The translations under genes were made by a program, and so were the position numbers. From Octopus vulgaris (Eukaryota), in the NCBI GenBank assembly GCA_951406725.2, contig OX597815.1:139252001-139316000 (forward strand): DNA of 64,000 bases, read 5' to 3'. Positions 41,856 to 52,400 of this stretch are shown one piece after another. The first letter of the stretch is position 1. Every line of letters starts with the position of its first letter. A model generated the notes under the pieces. It was not told the origin of the DNA, did not search any database, and saw nothing but the letters and a program-made list of their open reading frames with translations.

Positions 41856-42884
41856 CATACATACATGTATATACATATATTTATATGTATATATATCTAT
41901 ATATGTATAAAAATATGTATCTATGTACATGTGCATTCATTTAATATACGATTATATATACTCTTGAACAATTATGAGGATCATGGTTAAATGTGATAAT
42001 AGAATTTTATACTAGTATTAGATACGGATATACCAGGAACCAAGAATTTATTAAAGAATATTACCTTAAAAGGAATAGACAGGCCACATTTAATCTAACA
42101 TAAATCTTTAAACCTTAAGCACTATAATAATCCAGTTACAGCTAGATTCAAGAGTATCTACTTATTATCTCCCCTTGAATTCAACCTGTCTAATATTATT
42201 AGAGTATATTATTAGGCGTCACGGTTTGTATATAGATATTTTGTATATATGCATACATATATACATAAATATATACATGTACATACACAAATATATATGA
42301 ATATATAAATATATATAAATATTTATACACACACATATTATTTCATTTATGTCACTCCCATAATCCTTAGCGCATGACAGAGGGTGCAGCCATTTGCACA
42401 GGAAGTATAAGGAGTAAACATGTCGATAAGTATACTTCCTTTGTTAATTTTTATACTAGATTTTTTTAATTAGTTTTTATTCAATAAATTTATAACGCAT
42501 ATAGTAGCTTTTGCTAAATAATCTATCTAAATACTATTAATATACGTTTGGCATAAAAAATGATAAGGGGTAAATCTTAAACTAAATTATTAATTCCCGT
42601 AATGTTTATATAGATAGATTGTAGGATTTAATGTGTTTATAATATAGTCGTTGAAGATTTCGTAAGGTTTAGCATTTTCTATATATATATTGGTAATGTA
42701 ATTTTAGGTGTTTAATTTTTTTTTATTTTAAAAGTTTTTTTAATTTTTTAATTTTAAAAATATATTTGTAATTTATATATTTTTATTATAGTTTTTACTC
42801 ATATTCTCATTTTGCTATTTAATATGACTTATAGTATGTATTCTTAACTTTGATCCGTTAATAATAATAACAATAAGATAAATA

Positions 42885-42962
42885 GCCTGAGAACGCACTG
42901 GTGGATTTATACACTATGTATAGCCTGGATAAATACACCACCAGCGCTGAAACACTTGTAGC
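42885..42962 (+). ncRNA. Hammerhead-like motif with long stem II (PLE terminal repeat)
   Basis: GC-CTGAGAA-(CTGGTGG/CCACCAG plus ATTTAT/ATAAAT)-GAAAC-ACTT-GTA-GC. Confidence 0.55.
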
Positions 42963-43844
42963 GTTTATTACAAATATCTTCTTTCCCCGCAGACTAATAA
43001 CAGGTAAGTTATATATATATTTTTTCAAATATTTTTCAAATAATTTTATTGTATTTTATATAGTAAGTTTTTTGAATGCTTATATTATTTTATTGGATAT
43101 AACTTTCTATGTGCATTCCATAAAATAAGGTTATCCTGAAATATGAGTTGCGGTACTATTGGTAAAATCCCAAATTTGTAATAATATTATAAATGATACT
43201 GTTAAAGTGTATCATTATAAATGATACACTTAGTAAAGTGTAAAATAGTAAATGTCCTGATAACCTGGAATACTTATTATTCCCTAACATTTTAAAAATA
43301 TGTATGTATATATATGTATAGATGTGTGTGTATATATACATATATATATATTATATGTATATATATATATATATGTATATATGTGTGTATAAATATTTAT
43401 ATATATTTATATATTCATATATATTTGTGTATGTACATGTATATATTTATGTATATATGTATGCATATATACAAAATATCTATATACAAACCGTGACGTC
43501 TAAACGAAACACCAATCAACTTGAGTACTTTAGTAAAATCACACACTGATGGGTCAGAATGCAGATTGCAAAAATGAACATTCTGGAGCCTATACAAATG
43601 TATTTAAGGCACACAGTTAAGCCACCTAGCCACCGATGTAAATTATAAAACACAACTGTCACGACTACTACGTGAACCTGAGGATTGCATACTTTAATGC
43701 ATTAAAGTACTAGTTCAATCAGAATGGACATTTAATATTCTACAATTTCATTATATTATAATTTATTATATTATATTATATTATATTATATTATATTATG
43801 TTATAAGATTGTAAATAAAGCGTGAAAATCAAAGTTGGAATTTC

Positions 43845-45584
43845 GGTTAAACTAAAGCGTTACGCCATTCAAAGAAACAAAAAAGAATGTGTGTAATAGG
43901 TGTAAAACAACTTCCTCTGAACGAATATGAAAACAAATGCGCGCACGCGAAAGGGGAGTTGGGGAGAGGCCTCGGAAAATTTACATCGGGAATTTCCGAA
44001 AGCGTCTGACCCGGGCACAAAAACAAAAACAAAAATAGCGTAATAGGTGTAAAAGAACTTGCTCTAAACGACTATGATGAAAAAATGCGCCCTCACGAAA
44101 GGGGGCGTGGGGGAGAGGCTTCGGAAATTTCACATCTTCAGGGTCCATAGTATATAGCGATTCTTGGGCTGCGTATAACTCTCTTGGAAATCTCGGCTAT
44201 ACCCACTTCCGCATCAACCACAGTGAAAATTTTGTTGATCCTACAAACGCGTCGGTGCACACACAGACGATAGAGAGATTGTGGGGGTCAGTTAAGAGAT
44301 CAGTTGTTCGCCCAGGCATTCGTGCCTGTTACTTAAAGCAATACCTCGCCAAGTTCCTATTTATGGAAAGCATCAAACCTGCTGCCAAGAGAATACACGT
44401 ATTCTTATTGGCAGCAGCAAGTCTTCATCCTGGCCCGAGATAATTTTTTCCTCCAAACGCAACCCATCTCATTTCCTTATCATCACTGTCGATGGACCAC
44501 TCAGAGAGGTATGTATACATAATCATTTTCGTAATATAATTTTTGTAAAATTTCAAGATGTTTCTGACACGTATTTTGATTCACATGGCGAAGATCCAAC
44601 ATTTCTTCACTTTTTCCAGAATTTCTTCTCTTTATTTTTCTTTTTTGCGAAATATGTACAAAAATACGGAGTTTATGATTCATGTGTGAGTGTGTGTTCT
44701 TGATAATCGTTTAGAACAAGTAGTTTTACACCAATTACACTATTTTTTCTTAGTTTAAAGGCCGTGGACTGAAGATGTGAAATTTCCGAAGCCTCTCCCC
44801 CACGCCCCCTTTCGTGAGCGCGCATTTTTTCATCATAGTCGTTTAGAGCAAGTTCTTTTACACCTATTACGCTATTTTTGTTTTTGTTTTTGTGCCCGGG
44901 TCAGACGCTTTCGGAAATTCCCGATGTAAATTTTCCGAGGCCTCTCCCCCACCCCTCTTTCGCGAGTGCGCATCTTTTTGTCATATTCCTTTAGAGCAAG
45001 TTGTTTTACACATATTGTACTATTTTTTTTTTGTTTTGGTGCCCGGGTCAGACGCTCAGACGCTTTCGGAAATTCCCGATGTGAATTTTCCGAGGCCTCT
45101 CCCCAACTCCCCTTTCGCGTGCGCGCATTTGTTTTCATATTCGTTCAGAGAAAGTTGTTTTACACCTATTACACACATTCTTTTTTGTTTCTTTGAATGG
45201 TGTAACGCTTTAGTTTAACCGTTCTTTTACACCTATTACGCTATTTTTGTTTTTGTCTTTGTGCCCGGGTCAGACGCTTTCGGAAATTCCCGATGTAAAT
45301 TTTCCGAGGCCTCTCCCCCACCCCTCTTTCGCGAGTGCGCATTTTTTTTTGTCATATTCATTTAGAGCAAGTTGTTTTACACATATTACGCTATTTTTGT
45401 TTTTGTTTTTGCGCCCGGGTCAGACGCTATCGGAAATTCCCGATATGAATTTTCCGAGGCCTCTCCCCACTCCCCTTTCGCGTGCGCGCATTTTTTCTTC
45501 ATAATCGTTCAGAGGAAGTTGTTTTACACCTATTACACACATTTTTTTTTGTTTCTTTGAATGGTGTAACGCTTTAGTTTAACC
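43845..45584 (+). mobile_element. Merlin (IS1595/ISXO2-like) DNA transposon, internally deleted
   Basis: GG...CC termini, TIRs GGTTAAACTAAAGCGTTAC / GTAACGCTTTAGTTTAACC, 8-bp TSD GGAATTTC/GGAAATTC, and long subterminal repeats of about 140 bp. Confidence 0.93.
44141..44443 (+). pseudogene. Merlin transposase C-terminal 100 codons (open frame, no N-terminus)
   Basis: GSIVYSDSWAAYNSLGNLGYTHFRINHSENFVDPTNASVHTQTIERLWGSVKR..YLKQYLAKFLF contains the SD.W..Y, H..NHS..FVDP and HTQ.IE.LW motifs of the DDE_Tnp_IS1595 family. Confidence 0.92.
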
Positions 45585-45748
45585 GGAAATTCTTTGAGTA
45601 ATATATTCTTCTATACATGATCATACACACCCGTGTATTTATATATGTGTATATATACGTAAACATATATATACTTATACATAAATAAATATGTATGTAT
45701 ATGTGTGCATATATATGTTGTGTATATATATATATATATTAAATATAT

Positions 45749-46108
45749 CAGGGGCCTGCGGTAATTTTTTCTGGCTGGGGAAGCAATGACCAAAATTTTC
45801 TGTCACATAAATATTTGAATCAAATTGGCAGGTTCATATTATACAACTATTTTTAAAATAAAATAAATCACAATTAAAACTTACCTATTTTATTTAAATG
45901 TCAATTCAATCCTCTCTTTCTTGTTGAAATTATTGATAACGTCGTTCTTAACGTTTTTTAAAATGACTTTTTCTATACCAATTAGAGCTAACCTACTCAA
46001 CCTTTTTTGTCCTTGCGAATTTCTTGTATAATTATGAATTCTCCTTGGGTAAGAAAAGGAGCGCTCCACTGTAGCACTTCTTGCTGGCAGTTTTAATATT
46101 AATTCCCA
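45749..46108 (-). mobile_element. hAT transposon 3' fragment (dimerisation domain plus TIR)
   Basis: ELILKLPARSATVERSFSYPRRIHNYTRNSQGQKRLSRLALIGIE matches Dimer_Tnp_hAT; CAGGGGC terminus at 45749. Confidence 0.88.
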
Positions 46109-46163
46109 ATGTTTCGTTGGCGGAGATAAAGAATACCTACGCAACCCATTTTCGGCGTAACAG

Positions 46164-46277
46164 AAACTCTAACCTTAATCCTAAATCCTAACCCTAAACC
46201 CTAAGCCGAACCCTAACCTTGACCCTAACCCTAGACCTTAACCCTAAACCTTAACCCTAACACTAAACCCTAACCTT
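46164..46277. repeat. Degenerate telomere-like (CCCTAA/CCCTAAA)n array
   Basis: Repeated AACCCT/AAACCCT units. Confidence 0.85.
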
Positions 46278-46312
46278 ATATTATGCAGAATGTAAAGTAA
46301 ATCTTGAACGGA

Positions 46313-46360
<48 letters not shown>

Positions 46361-46361
<1 letters not shown>

Positions 46362-46716
46362 GAGCAAAGCGCCTCCCGTCCAATGGACGGTGCTGAGTTG
46401 TCAAACATTTAAACCAAATTTTCTCAAAACAACTTGTCCGACCGTCCCATATGCCTCTCCTTTGAGAAACACTGATTTAACCTAAATTTGAGACATCAGC
46501 AAAAGACGGATGTACTTGCGCGTGTAAATGCACGTTCCCACGGCTTTATCGGTCGCATACTCACCTGGAATCGATTTTTGCAATTTTTTCAAGACTTATA
46601 CAGGCTCTGATACCGTCGGTATCTACATATTGAATTTGAATGCAATCAGACGGAGGATACTTGAGATCTTTAGAAGACACCCACACAGACAGACAGAACG
46701 GATTTTATATAATAGA
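46361..46716 (-). mobile_element. Non-autonomous Helitron
   Basis: Minus strand A|TCTATTATATAAAATCCGTTCTGTCTGTCTG 5' end, hairpin CCGTCC-ATT-GGACGG, 3' CTCG|T. Confidence 0.8.
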
Positions 46717-46719
46717 TTT

Positions 46720-46923
46720 GTGTGTGTGTTTTTACTTCCACCATCACTTGACAACCGAAGTTGCTGTGTTTACATCCGCGTACTTTAGCCGTTTGGCAAA
46801 ACGCACCGATAGAATAAGTACTAGGCTTACAAAGAATAAAGCCTGGGGTCGATTCTTCGACTAAAGGCTGTACTCCGGCATGGCCGCAGTCACATGACCG
46901 AAACAAGTAAAACAATAAAATAA
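46720..46923 (+). mobile_element. SINE 3' half (same family as 21.1 kb)
   Basis: CTTGACAACCGA..GTGTTTAC..ACCGATAGAATAAGTACTAGGCTTACAAAGAATAA..CATGGCCGCAG..GAAACAAGTAAA. Confidence 0.88.
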
Positions 46924-47153
46924 ACTATGCCATTTTAATCCCGAGGAACGCCGTGTATCTCTGCTTGTATATATATATATATATATAAGCATAACTGAAG
47001 GATAAAAAAATTAAAATCAACGAATTTTATGAGAGACCAGCATATGTAAAACCTTTTAGGTAAAATACATATATAGAAATATAAAATTGTATATGGTACA
47101 ATTATAGCTTCTGTGCCCTTAAGTATAATTTTACCGTATATATATATATCTGC

Positions 47154-47195
<42 letters not shown>

Positions 47196-47217
47196 AAAGT
47201 TAGATAAGCCCAGTTTA

Positions 47218-47280
47218 TGGGATAACACTGGGTTTCACGTCCATGAAGCGCTTAGATTTACGCCATATCATCAGATCCCA
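47218..47280 (-). ncRNA. Type-I hammerhead ribozyme, minus strand
   Basis: TGGGAT-CTGATGA-stem II-GAAAC-CCAGT-GTT-ATCCCA. The core is intact and stem I is 6 bp; stem II is imperfect. Confidence 0.7.
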
Positions 47281-47298
47281 AAACAAGCAAACAGATTT

Positions 47299-47361
47299 TG
47301 GGATCTGATGATAGGCCATAAAACTAAGCGCTTTATGGACGTGAAACCCAGGATAATCCCA
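47299..47361 (+). ncRNA. Type-I hammerhead ribozyme, plus strand
   Basis: TGGGAT-CTGATGA-(CCATAAA/TTTATGG)-GAAAC-CCAGG-ATA-ATCCCA; stem III is altered. Confidence 0.65.
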
Positions 47362-48024
47362 TTAACTGTCCCTATCTAACTTTATATTATAAACTGCTGT
47401 ATAACTTAGAGTGAGCTTCTTTTTATATATCTATGAATGTTTTTAGTATGTAAGTATGTATGTATGTATGTATGTATGTATGTACGCATCTATGCATGTA
47501 TGTATGTTTTTACGTATGTATATGCGTACATGCATATGTGTATCTATACGTATATACATGAATGTGTATGTCTTTATATGTCTCTCAATGAATTTAAATA
47601 AACATATTCCAGGTTCTTATGGCCATTTGTTTTTGTTTTTTTTTGTTTTTTTCTTTACTTGTCCGTTTCCTTCATATCCCTTTATCAGCACACCTCTCTC
47701 AAGCTGCTCATTCCGGCTAAATTTTCTAATTGTGAAAAGCCTTAATGACCTTCTTAACCGTTTTAGATTTCTCCTTTCAATACATTCCTTATTCTCTTTT
47801 CTCCTTATCTCCCTTTATACAGTAAAATGTGAAGAAAACTGCTCCAATTAATTGTAATATATATTTAAAAAATTGTAAAACCACAATTCTACTGCAATAC
47901 CAGTAGAAGAGATTATAAGACCAGAATTCAATTCGATTTAAAAAGTAACGGTATCACCTTCAATTAAATACCAACGCGAGAGTCTTGTTTCAATTAGCTC
48001 ACTATGAAAACGTCGTAAGTGATG

Positions 48025-48108
48025 GACTTTTGATGAAACTGTAGCGACTAGGCTGTATAATGCTTGCAGAGCAATGTGTAGTTGCTGCAGTAGAAACATA
48101 TGTTGGTC
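48025..48108 (+). ncRNA. Hammerhead relic with long stem II in a PLE-like 3' end
   Basis: GAC..TTGATGA-(ACTGTAGCGACTA/TAGTTGCTGCAGT)-GAAAC-ATAT-GTT-GGTC, followed by AATAAA. Palindromic stem III; C3 is mutated to T. Confidence 0.65.
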
Positions 48109-48223
48109 ATTGTTATATATGCTGTAGAAAACGTTTTAATAAAAGTCTCAGACGTGAATAAATCTTCACTATCCTTTTGGTTTTCAATTATATATGTGTG
48201 TTCTCGCTTGAGGGTGTGTGGTG

Positions 48224-48260
<37 letters not shown>

Positions 48261-49070
48261 TTATGTATAATGTGTTTATGTATATTGTAACCATCGTTAT
48301 GGTGATCTAGTAGTATCTCATACGTTTATCGAGTCATGCCATTTATTATATGTGTGAGAAGTGTGTATGTGATATGTTTGATATGTTGACTATTCGTAAA
48401 ACGATACTGTGATCATGAGCTCTTGACCGTGACTGTGAACATGCTTTAATCTTAATGCTGTTCTTTCCTGCTTTTTTGGGGGGGGCACTTCAAAAACCGA
48501 CGTAGTATTTAAAAGGATGTGCTTATCAACAATGAAAATACTAAAGGACGCATTTAGTTTCGATATTTGGTAACTTGGATTATGGGATGTCAATTGTATT
48601 AGAACAATGTTTGTTTTTTTTTTTTTGTTCGTCAGATTTTTATTTCTTCGTGTATATTTACAAATCTTTGATACCTAGGAGTTTGAAGGGTTAAAATATT
48701 TGTGCGAATAGAATGATTTAACATCTGTACTGATATGATCAAAAGGAAAGTCATGGCATTTCTTTTATTTCATGGATTTGTGAAGGACAGCATCGTTATT
48801 TTTAAGTTTCTAATGATCTGCTGGGTTTCTATTAGTGAAAGTAACATGTTTTGATCATTCGATTTCAAAACCACATCCTTCATAAATTATGACTTATTTT
48901 AATCCATCATTATTTTCAGCATTAATACTTTTGCATTTCATCAAATTCCCTCTTTCAATAAACCATTAAACGATTCATTAGTTACTTATTAATAGATTTA
49001 AATTTACATTTCTCTATCTTTTAATAGCCTTCTACTGATCCTCATGTTCATTTTAACTTAAAATGCCGTT

Positions 49071-49105
<35 letters not shown>

Positions 49106-49156
49106 ATGTGTGCATGTGATGTGTGTGCGTGTGTGTGTGTACTAAGGAATGGGAAA

Positions 49157-49270
49157 TAGTCAGAATTCTGGTTCATTATTTATTTAGCGCTTTCATCTCA
49201 TTTTAGAGATTCGTGAATCTCTGAAACGAAATGAAAGTGCTAAATAAATAATCATCCAAAATTCTGACTA
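49157..49270. repeat. Imperfect palindrome (~56-bp arms, 2-nt centre)
   Basis: TAGTCAGAATT..ATTATTTATTTAGC..GAGATTC-GT-GAATCTC..GCTAAATAAATAAT..AATTCTGACTA. Confidence 0.9.
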
Positions 49271-49944
49271 CCTGTTTTTTTCTTCTTAATATATAAACCT
49301 GTATACCGCTTCAAACAATCTATACGTACATACATATGTGTGTATGTGTATGCGTGTGTGTAAAGTATAAGTATTTCCGTGTGTTAATTTTATTCTAGAC
49401 CTTATTAAATATTCCTCTTCTCTGCTAATTTTATCTTTATATATCTTACATATATCTTTTATTCAGAACTTCCAGTATAATCTATGGCGAGATCTCTCTC
49501 ATCTTTCTTCGTACCATTTCTATTCTTCGTTTTATGCTTAATTCCATTAGACTTCATATTCTAATTCCGTTTTATTTTGATTTAATTTATTTGTTTTGTT
49601 TACTTATTTTTACTTCTCTTATTTTATTTTTATACGTTGCTTGGTATTACCCTCCTCCTACTAAACCGCTATATTACCAGTAAACACTGTTTTATATTTC
49701 TCTTAGCTAACAACAGTCTATCAGTATTATAGAGCGACTTATGTCACTAGAATTATTTCATCACTAAAATATCCGCTTTTTTAAACATAATGCATTACTA
49801 CTTCACGGATTCTACCGTACTTTCATTCATTGACACCCTATACAGCTAATTCCCAGAGGGAAAGACATTTTAAAAATACATCGTGTATACGTTATACACA
49901 CACAATCTGATAACCTAATGTGGGTACATTTTGCTTGTTTTATT

Positions 49945-50219
49945 CAGTAGTCCCCAAATGTTTTCAGGTTGTCACCCCTTTGATACACAGGTATCATTCC
50001 TTTACCCCCACCCCCGCTCACCACCACAAACGTAGGCTGCTATCTGTAGCAAAATCAAAACAACAGTATTTCCCAAATAAAACGTACACTAATTAATCCA
50101 TTATTTTTTTACATCAGTTGACCAGTTTTAGCTACCCAATTATCGCCCCACTTTTGTTCAACTCCCATGGATTCCCTCCACCCTCAGGGGAGCAGTACCT
50201 CACACTTTGGGACCTACTG
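49945..50219. mobile_element. hAT (Charlie-like) MITE
   Basis: TIRs CAGTAGTCCCCAAA / TTTGGGACCTACTG; degenerate 8-bp TSD GTTTTATT/GTTTAACT. Confidence 0.7.
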
Positions 50220-50559
50220 GTTTAACTACTCGTATACACAATAAGCCAATGGACATTGATAATGACTTGATGTATTAACTACAATGATTGTCATTCTAAT
50301 TTTGTTTTCGTCAGTCTCCCATCCTTCAAACGAATGAGTAGCTGAGTACTTCGTTTAGCAATGACAAGGCCTCGAATTTGAAACCCATTGCGTAACATCT
50401 TGGACATGTACCTTTTTTATAGCTTTGTATTAAGTCGAGTTTTGTCATCAAGTCGGACCTTGTCATGAAGTAGAGTGTTGTAACAAGCTGGGTCTTGTAA
50501 CTGAACTTAGTATACAAAAATTAAATAGTAGCCCACCAAGAGGACTGTTCTTTTTTTAA

Positions 50560-52400
50560 TTTTGTAGCTGAGTCTGGCGGCAGGGGCAGCATCTATGACA
50601 TTTTAGATATCCATAACCAGTGAGCTTGAAACTATTGATGTTCCTTTTAGACTGTTAAAGGTCAACACCTGCATAAAAACATGAAGGGAAAGAAAATTGC
50701 ATAGAACCGATGTTCTGAAGATGAAGGAATGTTTATAGTGATAACACGGGTTCGGATTGGAATGTGGATACAACCAAGGGATTGGAATGTTAAATGCAAT
50801 GAGAGGTAAAGTCGAGTAACTCGAAAATGTCTGAATGACGGCAGCACGAGATCAGCCATCTCTGAGGAACAGCGGACATTAAATAGAAAAGGCAGACAAG
50901 AGATAGCACGCCTATCGCCCAGCCGTCTCATCCGCTCGTGTGTGAGTTATGTGTGCGTGCGTGTGTGTATGTGTGTGAGTGTATGTGTATGCGTTTGAAT
51001 GTCAGTCAACTGAGTGGCCATTATCTAGATGCGAAATAGGATATCCAGATATGCGATTTTTTACTTGAATGAGAGTTGAAAGCCTCACTTGAGTGTTGTG
51101 AACCACAGTTGAGTGTTGTAAAGTTTCAGTTGGTGCTGGAGTCAAAACTAATTTTCTGACTCTGCAGAGAAGAACCAACCACTGGAATACGGTCCTAGCT
51201 AGGCTAAAGGCATACTTTCATAAAAAGAAGTCCTTTATGAAAGTGAAGCACAGCATTTAGAAGAATTGCGAGTGTACCTTTTGCTAAGGTAGTGCGTGGT
51301 GTTTACTTGTTAATTAATAATGTTTCAGATACTTTTTATCTCTTGAAAGTGAGGTTGAGATGGCATCATAGACTGTTAGTCTCAGGGTTCGTCTATGTCT
51401 GTGGTGTATAGATTGCGTGTAGTTGGTGCATGGTTGGATAAATTTAAAGAGTGGGAGGTGATGCTATTTTGTAAATATTGCTAGAAGTGATGTGAGGAAG
51501 GAAACCTAATCCTGGGAAACGTCAGAGTTTAGTAAAATCGGAACAGGAAAATGCTTTTAAACAAATGCCGAGATGACGTGACCTGACACGAAGCTGCCAA
51601 CCCAAGACATGAGAGATTGGTGGAACTTTTGATAGAACAGAAACTTTTGATGGAACATTTGCATGCCAAACATTATCGAAGGTTTTGTATATGAACATCA
51701 CTGCTACCAAACTTCTGTAAAACGGGACCTGACTGGTGATTGACATAAGGGAGGACTCCAATGGATCAGCCTTTGCAGAAGCCGTACATGTGGTCACTGA
51801 AGAGTGAGTGATAGACAGAGAGAAAGAATGAGAAATATTCAGGCTGTTGTGGATCGCTACTGTTAATGGTTACCTTACTCGAGTGGTTAGAAATACGTGA
51901 GAAATGAACAATAGTTCGCTTGGTTAGGGAGATTGCCTTTTTCTGGGATGAGAAACAATAAAGCGTGCCTCCAAATGTCAGGGTATTTTCTCGTATTGTG
52001 TGAAGAATGACAGAAATTGGTTAGTATATTCAGTAGTTCCTGGGTGCAGTTTCTGTGCATAATACAAGAGACATAGTCAGAGAGAGTGGCCGTGCTTGAA
52101 GAACCTGGTATCTGTGTGTGCGTGCGTGTGTGTGTGTGTGTGTGTGCGTGTTGAGGAGCCTAGTGGAATGGTACGGAATAGAATTTGAGAGGATTGGCTA
52201 AGGGTATGTTGTGTGGAGCAGTATGAAAACAAGGTAGCAGAGGTGAACGCTTTCTCCATAAGGGTACTGCATATGGGGCCATCATTCTTTAGAAAAGGTG
52301 CTAAAGAAGGACTCTCCAATGCGGGAGACATTTTGGTGGGTGACACTTTTATAACTATAAAATAATTAGAAAAATGCGTGCTCTAATGAAGAATCGAGTG
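50560..52400 (-). mobile_element. Decayed L2/CR1-type LINE (RT to 3' end)
   Basis: PFLKNDGPICSTLMEKA..ATLFS, PRKGNLPNQANY, YKTFDNVWH (KAFDxVWH motif), DRRAISCL..RCSSEMADLV. Confidence 0.8.

Larger units (their letters stand above)
47194..47385. repeat. Fold-back (~90-bp inverted arms, 12-nt spacer) of a PLE-like terminal repeat
   Basis: ATAAAGTTAGATA...ATCATCAGATCCCAAAA / TTTTGGGATCTGATGAT...TATCTAACTTTAT. Confidence 0.93.

Noticed and set aside
44141-44443. Bacterial IS1595 contamination or recent horizontal transfer
   Set aside because: The element sits with a TSD in microsatellite-rich host DNA, and its structure fits eukaryotic Merlin.
43845-45584. Repeated ~140-bp units as a CRISPR-like array
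   Set aside because: There are no unique spacers; the units are Merlin subterminal repeats in inverted orientation, in a eukaryotic context.
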